Assembly (NCBI GenBank): GCA_964543425.1
Contig: CAZIYL010000001.1
Location: 632-64,631, forward strand
DNA length: 64,000 nt
Direction: 5' to 3'
Source: an uncultured Deferribacteres bacterium
Lineage (GTDB): Bacteria > Zhuqueibacterota > JdFR-76 > BMS3Abin05
The notes under the pieces were generated by a model that saw only the letters and a list, made by a program, of their open reading frames with translations, did not search any database and had not been told where the DNA came from. The position numbers were made by a program, and so were the translations under genes. Positions 19,370-28,807 of the stretch are shown here, piece by piece. The first letter of the stretch is position 1. The number at the start of each line of letters is the position of its first letter.

Positions 19370-19459
19370 TTCAATGGGATATAGTATAATCAATTTTTTC
19401 CGAAAAATCAACCGCAAAATGTCTTGATTTTAACGTTTAAAATGACTAAAATCTAAATT

Positions 19460-22114
19460 ATGAAAAAGAACCGAAAAATCACATTCTTTACACATAATTT
19501 TTTGCTGCTGAACCTTGTTTTCTTTTTAATTGCCGGGGCGGCATTCCCCCAGAAAAAAGCCGAGTTTCATCTTCAATTTGACAATCTTCCTTCGAAAAAT
19601 CGATTGCGTTTATGGCCGCGCCTTCGGCACACACACATTGGGTTGGCACTTTCCGGAGGCGGCGCACGTGGACTTGCCCATCTCGGCGTATTGAAAGTGC
19701 TTGAAGAAAATCACATTCCTGTTGATGTGATTTCAGGAACCAGTGTCGGATCCATTGTGGGCGGTTTTTACGCATCTGGCTACACATCGGGTGATATTCT
19801 TAGAATAACCCAACATATTCACTGGGAAAATATCTTAACCGATCAACCCCAGCGCACTGCGCTTTTTCTTTCGCTCAAACAAATGAGTGACCGCTATTTT
19901 TTGCGCCTTTATTTAAGGGATTTTAAGCCGGTCATTCCTTCGGCATTTTCTCCCGGGCAGCGTCTTTACGACGAACTTTCCCGGGTCATTCTGCAGGCGC
20001 CATATCACGCCATCCACTCTTTTGATGAACTCAAATATCCCTATCGGGCAATAGCAACCGACATTATCCACGGAAGAAAATTTGTTTTCGATCACGGCGA
20101 CCTAGCGCTCGCGATGCAGGCAAGTTCCACAATTCCTCTCTTGTTTGAACCAGCAAAAATGGATTCGCTTCTTCTGGTGGATGGCGGTGTTGTCGAAAAC
20201 ATTCCCGTAACGGATGCAAAAAAACTGGGGGGTGCTTTTATCATTGCGTCTAACGTAACATCCCCCTTGCGCCAGATTAAGAACATGACCGCTCCGTGGG
20301 AAATTGCCGACCAGGTGACCACAATCATGCAATTTAAACAGAGGAAAGAACAATTGCAACAGGCAGACGTCGTTATTCGGCCAGAATTGGGAAATCGCAC
20401 TAATACCGATTTTTCAAATCCGGACCAAGCCTACCAGGCAGGAGAAAAAGCTGCTTGGAAGGCAATTCCGAAGATTAAAAAGAAACTCCTTCGCCCTCCG
20501 AGAAAGGGCGAAAACCGATTGTTCTTGATTGACAAAATCGTGACAGACATTCAATTGCCATCGGATAAAAAAAACATTCTTTTCAAGCAACGGCTTTGGA
20601 CAGGATTTGAAATCCAGCAATTGATCGAGAATATTTATCGGCAGGGCTTTTGGAAAAATGTGTGGGCAGGAGTGGTTCGTAACACGGATAAAACCCTTCT
20701 TGAAATCCACAGAATTCCAAACCCAATTTTAGTGCGTGTTAAAATCAGAGGGAATCATCTCTTTCCCGACTCAGTGCTCTTGAAACAGGCCAGCTATTCT
20801 CTTCAACAACCCATTAACTGGAAAAAATGGGGAAAAAACTGTGAAAATATCATCCGATTTTATCGACAGAAAAAATTTTCGCTTGCCTACATCGACTCGG
20901 TTCGTTTCGACTCTCTTTCTCATACCCTGCTCCTGTCCATTCGAGAAGGGCGGATTGACACGATCAAAGTCGCGGGAAATGAACGCACAAAGAATTGGGT
21001 TATTCTAAGGGAATTTCCTTCAAAGTCCGGAGATTTTTTTTACGCTCCGACTATTCAGAAGGGTCTAACCAATATCTACAGTCTTGGTCTGTTTAATCGC
21101 GTCCTGATCGAGCATAATTGGATTCACAACCAGCTGCAATTGACCATCCGCGTTCAGGAAAAACCACATTTCCAATTCAGTACGGGCTATCGGTACGATC
21201 GGGAACGTCGATTGAAAATTCTTTTTGAAATCTCCGATCAAAACTTTCTTGGAATGGGAATTCGCTTGTCGGCTTCGCAAATCATCGGAAAGCGCGATTG
21301 GATCACACGGTTTATTTACCAAAACGATCGAATTTTTAAAACATATTTAACTGCAAATACTGATATCCACTACGCAAAATCAAAACATTACACATTTACG
21401 CACGGGGATATTGCAGGAGAATATCAGGAACGGCGAACCGGTATTTATTATGCCTTTGGGCGTCAGGTTAAACGACTGGGGACGGCTTCGCTGGCGTTTC
21501 GCGCCGATGAGATTTCCCTGCGACAAGTTTTTGGGTCCGGCTACCCCATTATTAAAACTCACGAGGTAAGCCTTCGCATGCAAACGATTATTGATGAGCG
21601 AAATAAAATGCCATTCCCCACAAAAGGAAAATATTACAATTTCTACTACGAGGTTTTTAGTCAATTTCTGGGGAACGATATTGCTTTTTCAAAACTTTAC
21701 TCTGTAACGGAAGAATATTTTACATTTCTCCGGAGGATAACGCTTCATCCCAAAATTGCTTGGGGGACGGCCGATTTGGTAACCCCTTTTCAGGAAATGT
21801 ACCGCCTGGGCGGAGAAAATTCCTTCTACGGGTTTCGGGAAGATGAGATTCACGCAAGGCGATTTTTGACTGCATCCCTTGAGATTCGCTATTTTCTTCC
21901 AATCAAAACACATTTAAACACGTATATTCATTATCGAAAAGATGTTGGAGGCTTCTGGAAAAACAGCATGGCCCCAATTAACGGCAGCGATTTCGTTTTT
22001 GGAAATGGCATTGGAATTTCTCTGGAAACGATTTTGGGAAGTTTTTGTTTTGATTACGGAAAAAATTCTCTCAATCAAAAAGCCTACTACTTTTCGGGAG
22101 GGTTTCAATTTTAA
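19460..22114 (+). CDS. Patatin-like phospholipase fused to POTRA + Omp85-type beta-barrel (PlpD-like, type Vd secretion)
   Basis: 884 aa, with a signal peptide, the patatin motifs GGGARG and GTSVGS, and a C-terminal bacterial-surface-antigen (D15)-like barrel. Confidence 0.8.
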   Translation: MKKNRKITFFTHNFLLLNLVFFLIAGAAFPQKKAEFHLQFDNLPSKNRLRLWPRLRHTHIGLALSGGGARGLAHLGVLKVLEENHIPVDVISGTSVGSIVGGFYASGYTSGDILRITQHIHWENILTDQPQRTALFLSLKQMSDRYFLRLYLRDFKPVIPSAFSPGQRLYDELSRVILQAPYHAIHSFDELKYPYRAIATDIIHGRKFVFDHGDLALAMQASSTIPLLFEPAKMDSLLLVDGGVVENIPVTDAKKLGGAFIIASNVTSPLRQIKNMTAPWEIADQVTTIMQFKQRKEQLQQADVVIRPELGNRTNTDFSNPDQAYQAGEKAAWKAIPKIKKKLLRPPRKGENRLFLIDKIVTDIQLPSDKKNILFKQRLWTGFEIQQLIENIYRQGFWKNVWAGVVRNTDKTLLEIHRIPNPILVRVKIRGNHLFPDSVLLKQASYSLQQPINWKKWGKNCENIIRFYRQKKFSLAYIDSVRFDSLSHTLLLSIREGRIDTIKVAGNERTKNWVILREFPSKSGDFFYAPTIQKGLTNIYSLGLFNRVLIEHNWIHNQLQLTIRVQEKPHFQFSTGYRYDRERRLKILFEISDQNFLGMGIRLSASQIIGKRDWITRFIYQNDRIFKTYLTANTDIHYAKSKHYTFTHGDIAGEYQERRTGIYYAFGRQVKRLGTASLAFRADEISLRQVFGSGYPIIKTHEVSLRMQTIIDERNKMPFPTKGKYYNFYYEVFSQFLGNDIAFSKLYSVTEEYFTFLRRITLHPKIAWGTADLVTPFQEMYRLGGENSFYGFREDEIHARRFLTASLEIRYFLPIKTHLNTYIHYRKDVGGFWKNSMAPINGSDFVFGNGIGISLETILGSFCFDYGKNSLNQKAYYFSGGFQF

Positions 22115-22140
22115 GAATTCAAAATGAAAGGAGATTCGCC

Positions 22141-25100
22141 ATGAGAAAAAACCGGTTGATTACCACATTAATTTTTGTCCTTGCTCTGGGCTTTGGATTT
22201 CAAGCTCGGGCCGCTGAACAAGAGGGGCGTTTGCTGCGTTTTCCGGATATTTACAAAAATCAAATAGTTTTTGTTTACGCGGGAGATTTGTGGGAAGTAA
22301 ACGGCTCCGGCGGCGTGGCCCGGAAACTGACCTCGCATCCCGGATTGGAATTATTCCCGAAATTTTCACCCAACGGCAACCGGATTGCCTTTACCGGTCA
22401 ATATGATGGCAATATGAATGTTTACGTTATTCCTGCCGAAGGCGGTGTTCCCAAACAATTGACATTTACCGCTGACGTAACCCACATGCCGCTTCGAATG
22501 GGCCCCAACAATCAGGTAATTGATTGGTTTCCGGACGGGAAACACATTCTGTTCCTTTCCCGCCAGAACACGTTTAACGACTGGTTCGGGCAACTCTACA
22601 AAATAGGTCTAAACGGCGGCCTTCAGCAAAAACTTGCACTCCCCAAAGGCGGATTAACAGCCTTTTCGCCGGATGGAAATAAAATTGCTTACAACCGTAT
22701 TTTTAGAAATTTTCGCACATGGAAGCGCTACAAAGGCGGAATGGCACAGGATATCTGGCTGTACGATTTCAAATCCAATTCCATTCAACGATTAACCACC
22801 TACGAGGGAACCGACACTTACCCGATGTGGCATGGAAATAAAATTTACTTTGGTTCCGATCGCGGTCCCAATCAGCGAATGAATATTTACAGCTACGATA
22901 TGGGATCCAAGCAAATCAGGCAAATTACCCACTTTAAGGAATACGATGTTAATTGGCCCAGCATTGGCGGAAACATAATTGTTTTTGAAAACGGTGGGTA
23001 TCTTTACACGCTTGATCTAAGGACAGAAGCGGTTAAAAAATTAACCATTTACGTTCCGGGTGACCGCGTAGAAAAACGCCCGCACTGGGAAAACGTAAAA
23101 AGCTATATTCATTCCTACAGCCTCTCGCCAAAAGGAAAACGAGCGCTGTTCGAAGCCCGAGGCGACATTTTTACAATTCCCGCAAAAAAAGGAAACACTC
23201 GCAATTTGACCGAATCACCTGGGGTACACGAAAAATTTCCTGCATGGTCTCCCGACGGAAAATGGGTGGCTTACGTCTCAGACCGCACCGGCGAGGATGA
23301 AATCTACATTCAGCCACAGAATGGCGAAGGAAAGGTAATCCGAGTAACCCATGACGGTTGTTGTTTCCGATTCGCACCCGTCTGGTCTCCCGACAGCAAG
23401 AAACTGGCCTACGCCGACAAAAACCACCGATTGTTTTATGTGGACATTACCAGGAAAACACCTATCCTGGTCGATCAGGCTATTGAGTGGGAAATACGAC
23501 AGTACTCCTGGTCACCTGACAGTAAATGGTTAACTTACGCCAAACCGGAGAAAAACCACTTCTACTCCATTTTTCTTTACTCTTTAGCAACGAAAAAAAT
23601 CAGCCTCGTTACGACCGATTTTACGTACGATTCCAGCCCTGTTTTTGATCCGGATGGCAAATATCTGTTCTTTGTATCCCAACGAAATTACAATGCCTAT
23701 TTGGGCAATTTTGATGGAAATTACGCCTACCTAAAAACATCCGGAATCTATCTGGTAACTTTGCAGGCCGATTGTCTTTCTCCGTTTGCTCCAAAGAGTG
23801 ATGAGGCAGCCATTCAAAAAGCAAAACGTGAAAAAGCAAAGAAGAAAAAAGCGAAAAAGAAAAAAGAAAAAATCCTCAAAATTGATCTTGCCGGAATTCA
23901 AAATCGTGTGGTGAATATTCCCATTCCTACCGGGAATATCGGCGGGCTGCGAGTATCAAAAAACGTTGTTTTTTATATGACCTATCCCGCTTCAGGTCTC
24001 TCCGGGCGAATGCCAGGAGAAAAACCCGCGCTTCACCGCTACGATCTTAAAAAACAAAAAGACAGCGTTCTGCTTTCGCCGATTTCCGGTTACGATTTGT
24101 CTACAGACGGATCCAAGCTGATTATCCGGACAAAGGGCGGATACAGCATTGCCAGCGCAAAAGCGGCCAAAATTCAGCCATCCAAAGACAAATTGGATCT
24201 CTCAAAAATGCGAATCAAAATTAACTACGCCAAAGAATGGCGCCAGATGTTTAACGAGGCATGGCGCTTGGAACGGGATTATTTTTACAATCCCAAAATG
24301 AACGGCGTGGATTGGAAAAAGGTTCACGACCAGTACGGCGTTCTTTTACCGTATGTAGCCAACCGGTTTGATTTGAATTACATTATCGGCGAAATGATTG
24401 GCGAACTGTCAAATTCGCACACCTACGTTGGTGGCGGAGAGATGGCAAAAATTGAGCACGTCTCTGTGGGAATGTTGGGCGCCGATTTTCAGATTGATCC
24501 GAAAACGAATCTTTACCGGATACAGAAGATTTACAGCGGCGAAAATTGGAAGAGAAATGTCCGGTCGCCCCTAACCGAACCGGGAGTGGAGGCAAAAAAA
24601 GGCGATTACATTCTCGCCATAAACGGCAAAAAATTGACCGGAGACAACAATATTTTTGCTCTTCTTGGAAATACTACCGATCAATTCGTAACTTTGCTGG
24701 TCAATTCCAGCCCATCAGAAGCGCGTGCTCATAAAGTAACGGTGAAACCGATTTCATCAGAATATGCATTGCACCAGCACGATTGGGTAGAAAACAACCG
24801 AAAAAAGGTAAAACAAGCCTCGGGCGGAAAAATCGGGTACATCTATCTAACTGATATGAGTGCCGACGGACTGAATCAGTTTGTTAAGGAATTCTACCCG
24901 CAAATCCGAAAACAGGGACTTATTATCGACATCCGGTACAACGGCGGCGGTTTTGTGGACGAAATGATTCTTGAGCGGCTGCGACGGGTTCTGATTGGAA
25001 TGGGAATGTCCCGAAATGCAGACAACGGCACCATTCCTGAACGCGTGTTTTACGGGCATATGGTGTGCATTGACAATGCCTATTCTGCCTCTGACGGAGA

Positions 25101-25437
25101 TATTTTCCCCTATTTTTTCAAAAAGTACAAATTGGGGCCGGTGATTGGAAAACGAACCTGGGGCGGGGTTCGCGGCATTCGAGGCTACACCCCCCTATTG
25201 GATGGCGGTTATGTCACCATTCCCGAATTTTCAATTTACGGATTGGACAGCAAGTGGATTATCGAAAACCACGGGGTTGAACCGGACATTGAGATGGACA
25301 ATCGACCGGATCTGGTCGTTCAAGGGAAAGACCCTCAATTGGAAACAGCGATTAAATATCTTCTGAAAAAAATAAAGGAAGAGCCGCGGGTTCTGCCCAA
25401 GCGGCCCCCGTATTTGCCGGCTTACCCGCAAAGGTAA
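22141..25437 (+). CDS. Tricorn protease homolog (S41-family, beta-propellers + PDZ + C-terminal peptidase)
   Basis: 1098 aa, with a signal peptide, an N-terminus typical of tricorn (PDIYKNQIVFVYAGDLWEV), WD-like propeller repeats and a C-terminal S41 domain. It contains a poly-Lys insert. Confidence 0.85.
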   Translation: MRKNRLITTLIFVLALGFGFQARAAEQEGRLLRFPDIYKNQIVFVYAGDLWEVNGSGGVARKLTSHPGLELFPKFSPNGNRIAFTGQYDGNMNVYVIPAEGGVPKQLTFTADVTHMPLRMGPNNQVIDWFPDGKHILFLSRQNTFNDWFGQLYKIGLNGGLQQKLALPKGGLTAFSPDGNKIAYNRIFRNFRTWKRYKGGMAQDIWLYDFKSNSIQRLTTYEGTDTYPMWHGNKIYFGSDRGPNQRMNIYSYDMGSKQIRQITHFKEYDVNWPSIGGNIIVFENGGYLYTLDLRTEAVKKLTIYVPGDRVEKRPHWENVKSYIHSYSLSPKGKRALFEARGDIFTIPAKKGNTRNLTESPGVHEKFPAWSPDGKWVAYVSDRTGEDEIYIQPQNGEGKVIRVTHDGCCFRFAPVWSPDSKKLAYADKNHRLFYVDITRKTPILVDQAIEWEIRQYSWSPDSKWLTYAKPEKNHFYSIFLYSLATKKISLVTTDFTYDSSPVFDPDGKYLFFVSQRNYNAYLGNFDGNYAYLKTSGIYLVTLQADCLSPFAPKSDEAAIQKAKREKAKKKKAKKKKEKILKIDLAGIQNRVVNIPIPTGNIGGLRVSKNVVFYMTYPASGLSGRMPGEKPALHRYDLKKQKDSVLLSPISGYDLSTDGSKLIIRTKGGYSIASAKAAKIQPSKDKLDLSKMRIKINYAKEWRQMFNEAWRLERDYFYNPKMNGVDWKKVHDQYGVLLPYVANRFDLNYIIGEMIGELSNSHTYVGGGEMAKIEHVSVGMLGADFQIDPKTNLYRIQKIYSGENWKRNVRSPLTEPGVEAKKGDYILAINGKKLTGDNNIFALLGNTTDQFVTLLVNSSPSEARAHKVTVKPISSEYALHQHDWVENNRKKVKQASGGKIGYIYLTDMSADGLNQFVKEFYPQIRKQGLIIDIRYNGGGFVDEMILERLRRVLIGMGMSRNADNGTIPERVFYGHMVCIDNAYSASDGDIFPYFFKKYKLGPVIGKRTWGGVRGIRGYTPLLDGGYVTIPEFSIYGLDSKWIIENHGVEPDIEMDNRPDLVVQGKDPQLETAIKYLLKKIKEEPRVLPKRPPYLPAYPQR

Positions 25438-25486
25438 TTTTGAAAAGATAAAATTGCCCACTAATTTTCACGAATGGACACCAATT

Positions 25487-25524
25487 AAAATCCCCGGCAC
25501 TTCAAATGTGCCGGGGATTTTTTC
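25487..25524. terminator. Bidirectional rho-independent terminator between convergent tricorn and secreted-protein genes
   Basis: AAAATCCCCGGCACttcaaatGTGCCGGGGATTTTTT: a 10-bp GC-rich stem flanked by A and T runs. Confidence 0.8.
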
Positions 25525-25616
25525 GCCATCATCGGGGTATCTCAAACTATTCTGTAAATCCTGTCAGCAATTTATTTGAGTCGATGCCAATCGCTCCATA
25601 CGGGAACGCTGTTTCT

Positions 25617-26891
25617 CTACGTTTTTTGCTTCTTCTTTTTAGCTGCCGGAAAAAGTACGTTGTTCAAAATCAAGCGGTAGCCGGGTGAATTCCGATGAAG
25701 CGAGAGCTGAGTCGGCGGATCGCCCACAGCGTGCCGGTAATCTTCCGGATCGTGCCCACCCAAAAAGGTAAATGTGCCCTTACCAAGGTTGCCGTGAATA
25801 TATTTGACCATATTCGTGCCGGGAACTTCCCCCATAATCACCACGTACGGCTTTATTTTTTTGCGATTAAACGCCGTTGTTTGTCCCATAAATCCCTTAA
25901 TCACGTTGACGTGATCTTGTGTTAACATGGTGGGAACCGGATCGTACTTGGCAGAGAAATCAAAAAGTGTAAATGCCTCTGCTTCAGGCCCCCGCAAGGG
26001 AGCGGCATAGCTTGGTGGAATATCGATATCGGAATATTCGTACACGTAGGGATTTAATTCCAACTGAAAATTGGTAAATGCAAAGGTCTTGGAATAGTCC
26101 AGTTTGGCCTGACAATTGGGATCCGGCGGGTCGCCATCAAATACGGCCGGGACAATATCCACATTTTGTGCCGCCAGAGCAATGTCAATGGTGTCTGTTG
26201 CGGAGCACATGGCAAAAAGAAAACCGCCCTTTTTCACGTAATCCTGAATAATCCTGGCAATGAATTTCTTTTCGTCCGATACCTTCTTGAATCCCAATTT
26301 GTGAGCCATGGCTTCATTTCGCTTAACGTCTTCAATGTACCAGGGCGCATTTCTGAAACTGGCGTAGAATTTTCCAAACTGACCGGTGAAATCCTCGTGA
26401 TGGAGATGCAGCCAGTCATATTTTTCCAGGTCGCCGCGCGCCACTTCTTCGTCCCAGATTTTTGTGTACGGGATTTCGGCATAGGTAAGCGCAAGCGTAA
26501 CGGCATCATCCCAAGGGCGCTTGTTGGGTGGGGTGTACACAGCAATCTTGGGTGCTTTCTCCAGAAGCACAACATCCATGTTGTTATTCTGAATTGTATT
26601 GTAGATTTGAGCGACTTCCGAACCACCAATTTTTTTGAACGAAACCCCGCGCAAACGCAACTGCCGTTCAATTTCCGGGTAATAATCGGTCATAAAGGAA
26701 CCGCCCCGGTAATTCAAGAGCCATTCCACATTGATGCCGCGTTCTAACGTCCAGTACGCAACGCCGTAGGCCTTTAAATGATCGGTTTGGGTTAAGTCCA
26801 TAGGAACCAATATCTTTTGGGCTCGAAGAGGGCTTGCAAATCCAATTAAGATTAACATAACCCCCGCAAAAACAAGTTTTAATAATCTCAT
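25617..26891 (-). CDS. Secreted hypothetical protein (possible class-I glutamine-amidotransferase/ThuA-like fold)
   Basis: 424 aa with a signal peptide. The GATase1-like call rests only on the pattern KKGGFLFAMCSATD and is an inference. Confidence 0.4.
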   Translation of the reverse strand: MRLLKLVFAGVMLILIGFASPLRAQKILVPMDLTQTDHLKAYGVAYWTLERGINVEWLLNYRGGSFMTDYYPEIERQLRLRGVSFKKIGGSEVAQIYNTIQNNNMDVVLLEKAPKIAVYTPPNKRPWDDAVTLALTYAEIPYTKIWDEEVARGDLEKYDWLHLHHEDFTGQFGKFYASFRNAPWYIEDVKRNEAMAHKLGFKKVSDEKKFIARIIQDYVKKGGFLFAMCSATDTIDIALAAQNVDIVPAVFDGDPPDPNCQAKLDYSKTFAFTNFQLELNPYVYEYSDIDIPPSYAAPLRGPEAEAFTLFDFSAKYDPVPTMLTQDHVNVIKGFMGQTTAFNRKKIKPYVVIMGEVPGTNMVKYIHGNLGKGTFTFLGGHDPEDYRHAVGDPPTQLSLHRNSPGYRLILNNVLFPAAKKKKQKT

Positions 26892-28807
26892 GGTTGACCT
26901 TCTAATTCCCGCAGCTTGTTTCTCAATTCATCTGCCAAAACACTTTGGGGATATTGTATTAAAATTGCTTCGTACGTCTGTCGCGCCTTTTCGAAATTTT
27001 TAATGTCTTTTTCATAGATTTCACCCACACGATTAAGGGCCTCATCTGCATAAACACTTTTTGAATACGAATTCACCAGCAATTCATAAATCTTAATAGC
27101 TCCGTACCAATCCTTCGTTTTCTCTTTGATTCTTCCCGCTTCCAGCAGGGCTCTGTCCGCCAGCGGTGCACGACTATCTAAACTGACCGCTTTCACCAGA
27201 GAATCTACAGCCGCCGTGTAAAGATTTCTGTTTTTGAGGTACATTCCACCGGCAAATAATCGCAGCGCTTTTTCGTGATCCCGCCTATTTTCCTGAATTA
27301 ACAACTGTAAATCCAGAGCGTCATTCACAAAAGGGCTGTCGTATGTTCCGTTTGAATTTTTTAGAATTTTTTGGATATCCTTCAGGCTGGATTCAAAATC
27401 TTTGTTGTAAAATTGCAACTGCGCCAATTTGAAAAATGCTTCATCCTGAAGGGATCGAATTTTCCCGGACGCCAGAACCGACTTTTCAAGCAAATTTTGA
27501 AGAACTGAAATTGCTTTTCCCAGATTTCCCTCAGCCACGTAACAATCCGTAAGCCGAAATGTGGCAAACACCTTCTGCCGCGAGTTTGGAAAATTCTGAA
27601 TAATTCGCTTAAAATACGGAATTGCTTTCACGGGATCATTCTTCTGATTCAAAAAAATATCTCCCAATCGAAGCGAAGCCTCTAATGACCAATTTGATTT
27701 CGGATATTGTTGGATCACCTGGCGGTACAATTTCCATGCACGGTCAAAATCCCCGGTACTGTACGAAATGTCGGCAAGATAAAAAACTGCGCGATCTTTC
27801 TGCGAAAAATTCGGAAAGTCCTCCAATAATTTTTGAAATGCCTGTTCTGAAATCTTGTATTCCTTTTCACGATATGTGTCCAGGGCAAACTGGTACAAAT
27901 CCATTCCCGGCTTTCTATTTTTCGGCCTGTGGGTACCGGACAATTTTTCAAGCGCCAGAATTTCACTCAACGCCGATTGGTAATCTCCAAAACTCTGGTA
28001 AAATCCTGCCAGCAATTTTCGGAGTGTGTAATTCTTTGGGTATTTTTTTACCCACCCTTTAATCACCTTTTCTACATCGGGAAAGGTTTTTACATCCAAC
28101 GGGAGCCTGGCAATTTGATTCTGTACAAATTGAAACTGGTAGGGCTGCTTTTTCAAGAACCTTAAATATTCTTCCGTTGCTTTTGCGTAGCTTTGTTGAA
28201 AGGTGTAAAGCTGTGCCAATTCCATTGCAAAAAGGGGTTTTCCCCGTGTCACCCTGCGGGCTTGTAAATACACACCGATCGCCTTGTCAAACAGGCGATT
28301 CTGAAGCATCACGCTGGCAACAATTCGATACACACCCTGATTACGCGGATATTTCTGCAAAATTGAATTCCACACCCGATAGGCGTGTACCTCATCTCCC
28401 TTTCGAAAATACACATCACCAAGCTGCGTTTGAAGTTGAATATCATTGGGGTGTTCCCGAAGCCGTGTTTGGATTATGCTGATGAGTTCCGGGTATTTTT
28501 TAATTCTCAGCAAAATCCGGCGAAGACCCTCAAAATAGGTGTAATTCTGCGGATAATTCGCGTACAACGTTTTATAAAGATTTGCGGCCTGCGCATATTG
28601 TCCCAATTGTTCAAATTGACGCGCCAATCGAAATTGGCTGTCCGCCACGCCCGGCTGTTGAGCAATTAAATTATTTGAAAAAATTGCCATCCAGACGCTC
28701 ATTAGAATGAACAAAACTCGCGAGTGAATTATTTTTAAAGAAAAAACAGATTTCATTTGCACATTTCGTTTCTGTTCGTGATTAATTTTTCGCGTGGTTT
28801 TCTTCAT
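26888..28807 (-). CDS. TPR-repeat protein, secreted
   Basis: 639 aa with a signal peptide and many 34-aa TPR-like repeats (W..A...Y..G.Y..A...Y). Confidence 0.8.
   Translation of the reverse strand: MKKTTRKINHEQKRNVQMKSVFSLKIIHSRVLFILMSVWMAIFSNNLIAQQPGVADSQFRLARQFEQLGQYAQAANLYKTLYANYPQNYTYFEGLRRILLRIKKYPELISIIQTRLREHPNDIQLQTQLGDVYFRKGDEVHAYRVWNSILQKYPRNQGVYRIVASVMLQNRLFDKAIGVYLQARRVTRGKPLFAMELAQLYTFQQSYAKATEEYLRFLKKQPYQFQFVQNQIARLPLDVKTFPDVEKVIKGWVKKYPKNYTLRKLLAGFYQSFGDYQSALSEILALEKLSGTHRPKNRKPGMDLYQFALDTYREKEYKISEQAFQKLLEDFPNFSQKDRAVFYLADISYSTGDFDRAWKLYRQVIQQYPKSNWSLEASLRLGDIFLNQKNDPVKAIPYFKRIIQNFPNSRQKVFATFRLTDCYVAEGNLGKAISVLQNLLEKSVLASGKIRSLQDEAFFKLAQLQFYNKDFESSLKDIQKILKNSNGTYDSPFVNDALDLQLLIQENRRDHEKALRLFAGGMYLKNRNLYTAAVDSLVKAVSLDSRAPLADRALLEAGRIKEKTKDWYGAIKIYELLVNSYSKSVYADEALNRVGEIYEKDIKNFEKARQTYEAILIQYPQSVLADELRNKLRELEGQP

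Noticed and set aside
23815-23880. An A-rich poly-Lys tract in tricorn considered as a programmed frameshift site.
   Set aside because: The reading frame is continuous through and beyond the tract, and a full-length product is encoded. There is no evidence of required recoding.
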